Made by a program: the position numbers and the translations under genes. From Octopus bimaculoides (lineage: Eukaryota), in contig NC_068998.1 in the NCBI RefSeq assembly GCF_001194135.2, forward strand, positions 2,050,658-2,114,657: DNA of 64,000 bases, read 5' to 3'. The notes beneath the pieces were generated by a model. That model was not told the origin of the DNA, did no database searches, and saw nothing but the letters and a program-made list of their open reading frames with translations. Numbering within the stretch: the stretch's first letter is position 1; every line of letters begins with the position of its first letter. This document shows, piece by piece, positions 25,166 through 36,720 of the stretch.

Positions 25166-26804
25166 ATTGTCTAAAATACATTTGTGGCCTTCACTAGATA
25201 CAGATTAGTTTTACAAGCAATAACATGGCATCACCAATCTCCTTTGTTCTTATCTTAGCAATCATTCTCCAGTCTGAAGGTAAGCTTTCTAAGGATTCTT
25301 CATGTCTTTAAACCCTTTAAAATACATATTTAATTATTGTTAACGTTACTGTAGTCGTTGCTGTTGTTGATGTTATCATTATTATTATTATCATTATTTT
25401 AGCATGCTGGGCAAAATGCTTAGTGGCACTTTGTCCATCTTTATGTTCTGGGTTCAAATCCCACTGAGTTCAGTTTTACCTTTCATTCTTTCAGGGTCGA
25501 TAAAATAAGTACCAGTCATATACTGGAGCTGATGTAATTGACTTACCCAGTCTCCCAAAATCGCTGGCCTTGTGCTAAAATTTGAAACCATTATTATTAT
25601 TATTATTATTAGTAGTAGTAGTAGTAGTAGTAGTAATAGTAGTAAGGCAGCGAGATGGCAAAGTCGTTAGCACAATAGATGAAATGTTTAGCTGTATTTC
25701 GTCCGTTTTTGCATTCTGAGTTCAAATTCCACTGAGGTCGACTTTGCTTTTCATCCTTTCAGGGTCGATAAAGTAAGTACCAGTTGCATACTGGGTCGAT
25801 CTAATTGACTGGCCCCTTCTCCAAAATTTTGGGCCTTGTGCCTAGAGTAGAAAGGATTATTGTTGTTGTTGTTGTGTTCCTAATCTTTGCACAAAGACCA
25901 CAATTTAGGATAGAGGGGTTAGCTACTTCGACTGGCTGTCATGACTTGACTGGTTATTTGTTTGACCACAGAAAAGATAAAAGTCAAAATTGGTCTTGGC
26001 AAGAATTGAACTCAGAACATGTAAAGATCCAGAAAAAATTCCCCACGGTACTTTTTCTGCAAAAATCATGATTCTGTCAAATTCTTACCATTATTCAGAA
26101 CATTATTGCTGCCTCAAAGACAGGTCTTTAGACTTGCTTCTACCACTTACTGGCTTCTTTTAGAAATATTTTTTGTTTTCATGACTCAATGAGAAGACAA
26201 AGGGTAGCAACCACCTATGACTCGTTTGGAGTAAAGGGGAGATCTCTGAGGTTGGTGGGAAGGGGTGGAGGGAGAAGATTATCTTCAGATTATAGACCTG
26301 ACCTGAAGACGTCACTGGGGGTAGTGTTAAAGCAGATGTTAAATTACCACCACCACCACCACCACCACTGCTACTATCACCACCTTTATCAATGATGATG
26401 ATGATGATGACAATGACATTCCATTTCATTTGTTTTTGTTGTATTTTTCAGGGGACAAAATTCCCATTCCTAAATGTAAGTATTCCATCACTTTCTAAAA
26501 GATAACCATTTCCCCGTCAACAGACCCTTCTAGAATTCCCTGCTTCTCAAAACTCACCAACACCACTCCTGGCATACCTCCACACCCTTTCCTCATTATG
26601 ACTCTTTTAATTTTCTATCTTTCACTTGTTTCAGTCATTAGACCATTAACCAGACAAAATGCATTTCCTCTGTTGAAATTCTGCTGGGGTCAATAAATTA
26701 AGTACCAGTTATACACTGGGGTCAATGTAACTGACTAGTCCCCTCCACACAAATTTCAGGCCTTGTGTCTTAAGTAGAAAAGATTATTATTATTGTTATT
26801 ATTA

Positions 26805-26859
<55 letters not shown>

Positions 26860-28372
26860 GGTAATGAGTGCAGAATTGTCAGTATGCCGGGCAAAATGCT
26901 TAACGGCATTTTCTCTCTCTCCCAATTGAAGGGTCTTGTCCAGCAAGTTGCTTGGGGACCTAACTGCAACTGGTGCCATGTAAAAAGCACCCAGTACATT
27001 CTGTAAAGTGGTTGCTATTAGGAAGGGCATCCAGCTGTAGAAACCCTGCCAGAGCAGACAATGGAGCTCAGCACCGTCCTCTGATCTTTCAATTCTAAGC
27101 AAAACTGTTCAACCCATGCCAGCATGGAAAAAGAGATGTTAAACGATGATGATGATGATGATGATGACATTCCATTTCATTTGTCTTTCTTGTATTTTTC
27201 AGCGGACAAAATTCCCATTCCTAAATGTAAGTACTCCATCACTTTCTAAAAGATAACCATTTCCCCGTCAACAGACCCTTCTAGAATTCCCTGCTTCTCA
27301 AAACTCACCAACACCACTCCTGGCATACCTCCACACCCTTTCCTCGTTATGACTCTTTTAATTTTCTATCTTTTACTTGTTTCAGTCATTAGACTGTGGC
27401 CAGGCTGGGGCAGCACCACCTGGAACTATGAATTAACCCCACTATGTACACACACACACACAATAAACTTCTTTCAGTTTCCATTTATGAAATCCATTCA
27501 GCATGGAAAAAGGGATGTTAAACGATGATGATGATGATGATGATGATGATGGTGACATTTCATTTCATTTGTCTTTTTTTGTATTTTTCAGCGGACAAAA
27601 TTCCTATGCATAAATGTAAGTACTCCTCAACAGATCCTTCTAGAATTCCTTGCTTCTCAAAACTCACCAACACCACTCCCGGCATACCTCCACACCCTTT
27701 CCTCATTATGACTCTTTTAATTTTCTATCTTTTACTTCTTTCAGTCATTAGACTGCAGCCCATGCTGGGGCAGCACCACCTGGAACTATGAATCAACCCC
27801 ACTGTACACACACACACACACACACACAATAAACTTCTTTCAGTTTCTGCCTACCAAATCCACTCACATAGCTTTGGTCAGCCTGAGGCTGTAGTAGAAA
27901 ACACTTGCTCAAGGTGCCACCCAGTGGGACTGAACCCAGAACCAAGTGGTTGGGAATCATCATCAGTGTAAAGACCACACACACACACACACACACACTT
28001 CACTAGATACAGATTAGTTTTACAAGCAAAAACATGGCATCACCAATCTCCTTTGTTCTTATTTTAGCAATCATTCTCCAGTCTGAAGGTAAGCTTTCTA
28101 AGCATTCCTCATGTCTTTAAAAGAGATGTTAAATGATGATGATGATGACAATGACATTCCATTTTATTGTATTTTTCAGGGGACAATATTCCCATTCCTA
28201 AATGTAAGTATTCCATTACTTTCTAAAGGACTACCATTTCCCCGTCAACAGATCCTTCTAGAATTCCTTGCTTCTCAAAACTCACCAACACCACTCCTGG
28301 CATACCTCCACACCCTTTCTTTGTTATGACTCTTTTAATTTTTTATCTTTTACTTGTTTCAGTCATTAGACT
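25095..28372 (+). repeat. Local tandem segmental duplication
   Basis: About 240-bp unit at about 26395-26643, 27155-27395, 27545-27755 and 28135-28372; a second unit at about 25095-25310 and 27958-28120. Confidence 0.9.
25259..28209 (+). other. Array of six candidate symmetric micro-exons (2 x 21 nt, 4 x 24 nt)
   Basis: Polypyrimidine-AG and GTAAG(T/C) flank 25259-25279, 26452-26475, 27203-27226, 27592-27615, 28068-28088 and 28180-28203. No transcript evidence. Confidence 0.45.
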
Positions 28373-29405
28373 GCAGCCCCACTATTTATTTGCTTTTTTA
28401 AGCCTGGCACCTATTCCATTAGTCCCTTTTGCCAAACTGCTAAGTTACAGGGAGGTACACACACTAACACCAGTTGCTAAATGATCTTCGGGGACAAACA
28501 CACACATAACAAACTTCTTTCAGTTTCTGTGTACGAAATCCACTCACATGGCTTTGGTCAGCTTGAGGCTATAGCAGAAAACACTTGCTGAAGGTGCCAC
28601 ACAATGGGACTGAGCCCAGAACCATGTGGTTGGGAAGCCAGCTTCTTACCACACAGCTATGCCTGATCATAATACTATTACCTTCCTGCCTGATGATGAT
28701 GATGTAATTAGCTGCAGGGGAAGATGCGTCAGTGAAAATAGAGAGAAATCAGATTCATTTCAAACTTCTTTGCAGTATGGTTGTGCTTGATGAGTACAAA
28801 GCTGATGTTAAATATCAACTTCAGGAACATTCTGGAAAATATTGATCAAACACACAAACAAGAAATGGTAATCATACAATGTTTATTCTTCTCAAATTGT
28901 TTTTACTCTTTTGTCAGTGTTACAGTTCATGTGCTTCTCATGATCTTGCAGGAGTATCAACAAAATAATGGTATAAATTCTTATCAGAATATTCCGTTTT
29001 TCCCAGGCCTATACCAACATAAAAGTGCAAGCATGTATGTGTGCCTGGGCTAAATAAAATATTCTTTCTGGTTTAATTTGAAGAATTAATTTATAGGGAA
29101 AATTTAAAAAAAAAAAAAAAAGCGTAAGAATTAACTGGTTTCAACCTGTTATTTCCTCCTGGTTGTATTTTAGTCTGAAGCTATGTGGGTGGTGGGAGAT
29201 TCTTCAACAACAGCAATGGAAAGCTTGTTTTCCAATTTGGATAATTTCTGTTAGTGACATATATCGGTCAAATAACAGGTAATAATACTGTAAATTGAAT
29301 TTTAGATCTTATGAAGTTTACAGTCAATTTAAAACAACATCAGATACCTTGATATTGTACCTTTGTGGCCTTTTTTTTTCTGATTTAGTTTTTACAGGGC
29401 TTCAC

Positions 29406-29411
29406 TTTATT
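29406..29411 (-). terminator. Candidate polyadenylation signal for DCST2
   Basis: AATAAA on the minus strand about 160 nt past the stop codon; usage unverified. Confidence 0.3.
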
Positions 29412-29573
29412 ATCCTCTAAAAGACTGTAAATCAAGCGTATATTTCCATAACTTTAAATCATTCCACTGCAAATGATATTTCATTTTTTATCATCTTGTC
29501 TAAAATTATTAAAAAAATAGGAATAAAGGTATCATTTCCAGCTTCTATGTCTAGTTTAGCTGCTATGTCCATC

Positions 29574-31850
29574 TCATCTATACCTGTAATTACATCGGGT
29601 TCTCTCTTTTAAAGGTTTGTACTCCATCCTTATCAAGTCATAAGCTTTCTGCAGAAGTGTTTGAGATTTACGTCGTTGAAGACGGTTATTCCTTGCAATG
29701 TTTTCTTGTTCCATGGCAACTTTTGCCTGTAATTTCTTCTTATTTTGGTCAGATTGGTAAAAATTTTCAGCATCACACTCACTGGAGTCTCTTTCATCAC
29801 TCACATCAGACAAGTCAGCGTAATCAATTGGTTTCATACATACCGTACAAGTATTGTGGATATCATAGTAACAATCCAGACAATACACAGCCTTACAACT
29901 TTCATTCTCACAATGTTTGAAGTTCACTCTGTCACTAATTTTACCATCTGCACTGCATCCTAAACAATATTTGATTTCAAACCCCAGTATCTCAAGTAAT
30001 CGCCTAACTGGAGGACATCTTGCCGCTAGTTTACCTTTCCAGCTGATGTTTTTTGCATCCATAGAACTTCGATAATCAAGACGCATTTTCCGCCGTAGAA
30101 ACTTTTCCAGACTTCCCCGTTGTACCAAGAGATTAGAATAGAGCCATACTGCTCTTTCTTTGGCACGAACTGGATAAAATTCATCACAGACAATATGGCG
30201 TAGTCGTCGCCCGTAGCCTTCAAAAACGACTGATATTAGGCACAAGCCCATAATCATGCCGATGGTTTTGTATACTTCGTAATTGGGTTCAGTTGGATTA
30301 GGGAGACAAAGAGTAAGGTTTTTCACATCGTTGGTTGCCAAGGGACCAAAAATGGATATCAGAGATTTATACATGTCTGCATACGGCCCATTACCACTAA
30401 CATGTACTTGGACATGTGACAGTTCTTCGACGTCAACTTTCATTGAAAAACTCTTGCGCACTAGTTCCAGGATCCAGAAAAGGCCATAATCACAAAATAA
30501 ATGAAAAAGTATGGTGGAAGAAGTAATTAAAAAGAAAACAAAGCCTTTACAGAATTTTCGTTTCTCTTGACAAGTTAGCCTTAACGAAGTGGAACTAATA
30601 TAGTTTTGTTTCTCAGATCTCTTTAATGGAAGTAGTGTCTCTTTCGACTGCATCCCTTTAATGTAGTCAATATCATATAAATTTTTCGAAAGGTAGATAT
30701 TATCAAATTTATCTTTACTCAGGTATTTAATTCTATAACGATAAGCTTTTACAAACACAATAATTAGCATTAAGTCTGTGACAAATTTGATGAATTCCAA
30801 TTTTGTAAAATACATGCTCAGTTTTTCTTTGACTTCACGGAGCACATCTCTTTTCACTTGACTGTAACTTTTCGTCTGTTCCATAGACACTTGGTATTCG
30901 TAATCGATTTTTATTTTAAAGTAGAACATGTCATATAAATTCTGAATTGCCTTGCTAACTGGAGCGGCAAACGTTCGAAGCACAAGCTTCTTGAGTACTT
31001 CAGTAAGAGAACATAACATTTCGCCAATTCTTGCTAAGTGACATATACTTTTAAAAAAGGTTACAATATTGCACAATTTCACAAATTCGGGTAGCACCGT
31101 CCTAACACAATTAATACGAGCCAATCTAAAAGCCCTCGTGCATTTTCTAAAGGGGTCGAGCATCCTTTCATTGCAAACATTCACTATGTTGCCAAGCCAA
31201 GAAAAGATATTATTTATTGACGCAATTAGTTCTTCGATTCCTTTCTTCATTGACAGAAATGCTTGCTGTGCCATACGACTGTAGCGATTGATTGTATTCA
31301 CAAAATCTTCAATCCCACCGATAATCCCAGATAAAGGATTTAAAGCGATGGCTATAAGTCTCTCTGTTTGATTGTAGGCAACTTCTTGACCGCAGGTCAT
31401 TGCCTCAGTCATCACGACAATGTTGTTACTAAAATTGGCCACTGGTTGATTAAGAGTGAGCATGAAAGCATACAGAATTAGAAACGATCGACCTTTGCTT
31501 GTGAAAAACCCCGGGGCAGCCAAAAGGATCGTACAGCGAACTGCCACCGAGTATGGTAAAACTAAACAAAGCACAAAACCAGCGAAAAAACAAATTATGA
31601 TCGCTGTCCATAAGGTCGTTTCAACATGATAGATTAACACCAAATAAAGAAAAAGATTAACCATAGAACCAAACAGGAACCATAACGACAACGAGCAGAA
31701 CTGTTGATAGTAGCTACCTGGTTTTAAGTCCTCTTTTTTACGGATACAACATTCTTCATGTAACTTCACAGCTCTTCTCTTTGCCTTGGCAAGACGACGT
31801 AATGATATTTTCAGCTGAATGGCTTTCAGCGTTTTTTGCACAAACATCAT
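29574..31850 (-). CDS. DCST2: DC-STAMP domain-containing protein, DCST2/SPE-42-like, single coding exon, 758 aa
   Basis: Uninterrupted ORF with several hydrophobic helices; motifs VRCTILL..P.FF..KGR, CGQEVAYNQT, WL..I..VCN, DNIYL, DYGLFWILELVR, RLRHIVC..FYP.R.KER...LY; C-terminal YCLGC...C....C...YC..C......C.VC RING-like finger followed by D.ERDSSE. The DCST2 rather than DCST1 call rests on recalled motifs. Confidence 0.88.
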   Translation of the reverse strand: MMFVQKTLKAIQLKISLRRLAKAKRRAVKLHEECCIRKKEDLKPGSYYQQFCSLSLWFLFGSMVNLFLYLVLIYHVETTLWTAIIICFFAGFVLCLVLPYSVAVRCTILLAAPGFFTSKGRSFLILYAFMLTLNQPVANFSNNIVVMTEAMTCGQEVAYNQTERLIAIALNPLSGIIGGIEDFVNTINRYSRMAQQAFLSMKKGIEELIASINNIFSWLGNIVNVCNERMLDPFRKCTRAFRLARINCVRTVLPEFVKLCNIVTFFKSICHLARIGEMLCSLTEVLKKLVLRTFAAPVSKAIQNLYDMFYFKIKIDYEYQVSMEQTKSYSQVKRDVLREVKEKLSMYFTKLEFIKFVTDLMLIIVFVKAYRYRIKYLSKDKFDNIYLSKNLYDIDYIKGMQSKETLLPLKRSEKQNYISSTSLRLTCQEKRKFCKGFVFFLITSSTILFHLFCDYGLFWILELVRKSFSMKVDVEELSHVQVHVSGNGPYADMYKSLISIFGPLATNDVKNLTLCLPNPTEPNYEVYKTIGMIMGLCLISVVFEGYGRRLRHIVCDEFYPVRAKERAVWLYSNLLVQRGSLEKFLRRKMRLDYRSSMDAKNISWKGKLAARCPPVRRLLEILGFEIKYCLGCSADGKISDRVNFKHCENESCKAVYCLDCYYDIHNTCTVCMKPIDYADLSDVSDERDSSECDAENFYQSDQNKKKLQAKVAMEQENIARNNRLQRRKSQTLLQKAYDLIRMEYKPLKERTRCNYRYR

Positions 31851-32336
31851 ATTCCAAGAATAATCAGATATCAGTTTTAATCAACAGTAACTTGTAGATC
31901 ATTACACACAGCCTGGAGCCCTCCATGGAAAATAAGGATCAAAGGAACATGGATGTTATTCAATGAATTTGAGAAGCTTTTTGAAATGGGAATTGCATTG
32001 CCATTCTTTCTTTTATTTTTACCTGTTTAATGGCAAATTCACGGCAAGAACTGAAACATTTTTTAACGTTGTTCTTCTTACGATTATCTGTGTTGGTTTG
32101 CTTCTTGTTAATCCCAATATTTCGACACTGCTTCTGTTGGTTTTGTATTCCTGTTAAGTTTTCTTGCAAGCAAGGTTTTGAAAGGAATCGAAACAACGGA
32201 ATAGTTCTACAATTTGTACAGACACGTATGGCTAAATAATTAATAACCTATAAAACAATGGATTGAATAAGACAAATCGAACTATTGAGGCAAATTATTG
32301 ATTTCAGGCAACGCTTGAACGAAGAACAAATCTTAA

Positions 32337-32368
32337 CGGAAGTTACGTGACATGACGTCAAAGATGGC
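32337..32368. promoter_or_regulatory. Promoter motif cluster upstream of DCST2 (ETS CGGAAGT, CRE TGACGTCA, YY1-like AAGATGGC)
   Basis: CGGAAGT 32337-32343, TGACGTCA 32353-32360 and AAGATGGC 32361-32368 in a CpG-retaining patch about 500 bp upstream of the ATG. Confidence 0.55.
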
Positions 32369-32729
32369 TTCTGGCCACCAACGACATTTCTTTCATTTTC
32401 TCTTCTTTAAGAACAAAACAGAAATTAAAATCTCACGTACTCGTTTCACATTTTATATCATGGATTCATTTAAGAATTAATTTAACATGTTTATTTTCCA
32501 TTAATAGTACAGGTTATTGATTATGTGCTGTTAAACGCAATGGAACCATGATCCAGAAATGGGAGACTGATGCCTTTCAGATGAAGTCAAGCTTTTTATT
32601 TTACAATTTGTCTTAAAAATTGTTATACGTATGACTGGATTACAACATCAGTATTTTCTTTACTGAAAATAGAGAAGAAAAATGTGTGGAAATCGTCATC
32701 AACTCAATTTAATAATTAGAATTAGAATT

Positions 32730-32937
32730 AGCTGGCAGAATCGTTAGCACGCCGGGCGAAATGTATTTCGTCTGCCGTTACGTTCTGAGTTCAAATTCCG
32801 CCGAGGTCGACTTTGCCTTTCATCCTTTCGGGGTCGATTAAATAAGTACCATTTACGCACTGGGGTCGATGTAATCTACTTAATCTCTTTGTCTGTCCCC
32901 TCTATGTTTAGCCCCCTGTGGGCAATAAAGAAATAAA
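32730..32937 (+). mobile_element. SINE family B, CpG-intact copy
   Basis: tRNA-like head (AGCTGGCAGAATCG...GAGTTCAAATTCC), core GCCTTTCATCCTTTCGGGGTCGAT, A-rich tail; possible TSD ATAATTAGA at 32712-32720 and 32942-32950. Many decayed copies elsewhere (25.4-25.9, 36.1-36.3, 37.0-37.3, 61.5-61.8 kb). Confidence 0.85.
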
Positions 32938-34020
32938 TATTATAATTAGACTCTATAACAAAAGCATGATCGCCCGATCATGTAATCAGTATGCGTGCGC
33001 GAAACGACCGAAAGTTGTGGCGTACTAGTATCGAAAGATCGCCTTATATTTAATTAGCAACACCTGATTTTTAAAATTAGTTTTATGTCATAATAATTAT
33101 AAAAAAATTATTTTAGACAAACCAAGGCAATCATTAGCTGTAACCCCAATGTATCCCCTTGTTGTTGTAGTGGTAACGACTTGACACTTGTAGACGATGT
33201 TTCTAGTGAGGTAGATTCTGTTTAAAGGGCAGTTGGGTGTTTTGCTACAGTTATATGTTTTGATCATAGGAATCCTCCATTATTAGAGTTGGATTTGTCA
33301 GTGCTCCAGCATGGTCGCAGTCAAATGACTGAAACAAATGAAAGGATACTATTTTCTTCACTCCTACTCCCCTCCACTCACTACTCCCCCTACTTCCACT
33401 CCACTACTATCAGCCCCCCCCCTCCCCCCTGTTCTGTCTCTGGCTGACATTGAAACTTTTGAATTTCTCTTCTTGCAGCAATCCAACCTAAACTCAAATG
33501 TCCGAAAAACAAACCCAAAGTCAAGTACTGTCTGATGAACCCATGTACCATAGGACCACACAGTTTTTGCCCATTATATCCCGTTGCTACTTGTTAGTAA
33601 GTATAAACAACCAGCTTCATATTCTCTTTAATGAGTTGTTCCTTATTCACCCNNNNNNNNNNNNNNNNNNNNNNNNNNNNNNNNNNNNNNNNNNNNNNNN
33701 NNNNNNNNNNNNNNNNNNNNNNNNNNNNNNNNNNNNNNNNNNNNNNNNNNNNNNNNNNNNNNNNNNNNNNNNNNNNNNNNNNNNNNNNNNNNNNNNNNNN
33801 NNNNNNNNNNNNNNNNNNNNNNNNNNNNNNNNNNNNNNNNNNNNNNNNNNNNNNNNNNNNNNNNNNNNNNNNNNNNNNNNNNNNNNNNNNNNNNNNNNNN
33901 NNNNNNNNNNNNNNNNNNNNNNNNNNNNNNNNNNNNNNNNNNNNNNNNNNNNNNNNNNNNNNNNNNNNNNNNNNNNNNNNNNNNNNNNNNNNNNNNNNNN
34001 NNNNNNNNNNNNNNNNNNNN

Positions 34021-34052
<32 letters not shown>

Positions 34053-34066
34053 TACATACATATATA

Positions 34067-34104
<38 letters not shown>

Positions 34105-34676
34105 TATATGTAAGTGTGTGCATACATGCATTCCTTTATTGCAGTTCCTATTTATGTGGCGGCTGTTACTCAAAATGGTTCAACAGCAGAGGAAAAGAGG
34201 TGTTTTGCTCTCGGAGATAAAAAAGAAACCCAAGGAAATTCCTGAAAGCCAAAGAATTATGTCAGATTGGTACGAATGATATTTCTATGATTCATTTGAT
34301 ATCAAATATATACAGCTGTCTTAATAAATACACTGTTGCTATCTTGCAATCTAGTTGTTTTATCGTAATAATTTTTAATTCTTTTCACATGTAAGAAATT
34401 GCCCATGCTGGTGCTACATAGAAGGTACCTAGTACACCCTTTAATGTGAGTGGCATTAGGGAAGGCCTCCAGCCGTAGAAACTATGCCAAAACAGACAAC
34501 TGGAGCCTGGTGCAGCTCTCCAGCTTGTCCGGTCCTGTCAGACTGTCCAAGACTGGAAATGAGTAACACCATTTGTATGATGGTGATGCTTGTTTATGCC
34601 ATATGATGTCAGGACAAGGGCACACACACGCATACATATGAGAAGTATAGAGAAAATAACAAAGTACTGGGACCTA

Positions 34677-35068
<392 letters not shown>

Positions 35069-35339
35069 AATATCAAGACATTATTGGAGAGATACACTTG
35101 AGGACAGAGTTGGCTATTTTTAAATCCAGGAATATTGGATCCAGATTTAGACTGTAGTTATGTCCCTTGTATCATGAATCACAATTTTGCAGGGGAAGTA
35201 ACTCTGGTACTAACGATAGCTAGAGTAACAAGAAATAAAGCAATGAGTTAGCAGAATCGTTAGTGCGTCGAACAAACGATAAGATCGCATCTACAAGGAA
35301 AGGAATTCACATAAAATATGTGAGATACCATCTGTGGGA

Positions 35340-35990
35340 TCTTTTGCATGATTTTAGTGAGATATTTATTACCTGTTCAGACATGGAAGTGCCAACAGCC
35401 AAATCTGTTTATGATGTATGCAGGGGGACGAATCCATTCAGTGTCTGTACATTAGCGATCTGTGGGTTTGTGTTGAGCAGCTTCTGGTCTCATGTAACAC
35501 AGATGCGGCTGTCCGCCGAGTGTGTAGTGAAGATCGACTCACCAGCTTCTTTTGACAGAGTAGGGAGTCGGGTCTTTCTCTGCTTAGCGGTTGTAGTGAA
35601 AGAAACTGTGTGGTGGACCAGTCAGAAAGGTCTGAAGATTCCTATCTTACCAAACTCTCATCGGTTTCTTCAAATATCCTTTGAAGAGGGAGGTGATGCC
35701 TTCCATTGTGTTTATCGAAAGTTGGATGTGAGTGGCAAGACTGGAGAGGCTGAATGGATCTACTCTGAGTATGACTTTCGAAGTAGGAGGAAAGAAACTG
35801 GAAGATGGCACTTCCCATGCCTTGGTGCTGGCAGAGTATTCCGGGTCTTTTTGTGTGGGGTTTACCCTCAGTTACCCCGAGTGGACTACCCAGCTACTGG
35901 GGATTCGGTTTATTTATCTTTCTTATTTGTATTTTAATATCCTTTTGTTATATCCTTTAATGTTGTAGTGTTTTCCCTTTGTGTGTTGTA
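35340..35990 (+). mobile_element. L1/Tx1-like LINE ORF2 C-terminus and 3' UTR relic
   Basis: RLSAECVVKIDSPASFDRVGSRVFLCLAVVVKETVWWT and, in another frame, ARLERLNGSTLSM resemble the end of Tx1-type ORF2 (recalled); degenerate Cys/His knuckle upstream; pyrimidine-rich tail. Confidence 0.6.
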
Positions 35991-36039
35991 TCCCATCCTT
36001 TGATGTGGTCTTGAATGTCTTGGGCCAATGTAGACAAAG

Positions 36040-36090
<51 letters not shown>

Positions 36091-36324
36091 ACATTCTCAT
36101 GCTTAATATTATTATTATTTAAGGTGATGAGCTAACAGAATTGTTTGCACACCAAATGAAATACTTAGCATCGTTTCATCTGTCTTTACGTTCTGAGTTC
36201 AAATTCTGCCAGGGCCTTTCATCCTTTTGGGGTGGATAGGTTAAGTACCAGTGAAACATTGGGGTCGATATAATCGACTAGTCCCCTTCCCTGAAATTTC
36301 AGGCTTTTTGCGTATAGTAGAAAG

Positions 36325-36325
36325 A

Positions 36326-36358
<33 letters not shown>

Positions 36359-36720
36359 TGATGAAAGCTCCCAGCTTATCTGGCTGAGTATGATGGGGAG
36401 TGTCAGTTGTCCGCAACCAGCAGACTCAGGTGACACTTGTTTACTGGTCATGTTTCAAGAATCCTGCAAAGAATTCTTGCAGCTCCAAGCAATGCTGGTT
36501 TTTGTAGGTGTGCTACCTTCACACTTGCACCAATCTCTTTCAGCCATGTTGGTTGTTGAGTGCTGATACTTCCAAGCATGCCAACCACGTGAAATTTTTT
36601 TTTTAATGTTGTTTACATGAATTGTTAAAATCCTCGTCACCACTGTTATGATGTGGTGTTTTCTGCAGTTATAATGTGTGGCCACTTTTGTAACTGTAGC
36701 TGTTGTATCTACTCTAGTAA
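36325..36720 (-). mobile_element. R4/Dong-like (restriction-like endonuclease) LINE 3' end
   Basis: VVGMLGSISTQQPTWLKEIGASVKVAHLQKPALLGAARILCRILET* (stop 36448-36450) matches the RLE C-terminal QKxALLGTARILR motif; ends in (TAA)n. Confidence 0.8.

Noticed and set aside
26395-28372. Repeat-spacer pattern as a CRISPR-like array
   Set aside because: Eukaryotic context, units of about 240 bp, spacers are SINEs, no cas genes.
29174-29278. 105-nt plus-strand exon candidate after the array
   Set aside because: Open only in phase 2, incompatible with the array; weak GTAATA donor.
35263-35937. 224-aa ORF as a host gene
   Set aside because: Its middle resembles a Tx1/L1 ORF2 C-terminus continuing in another frame; better explained as a LINE relic.
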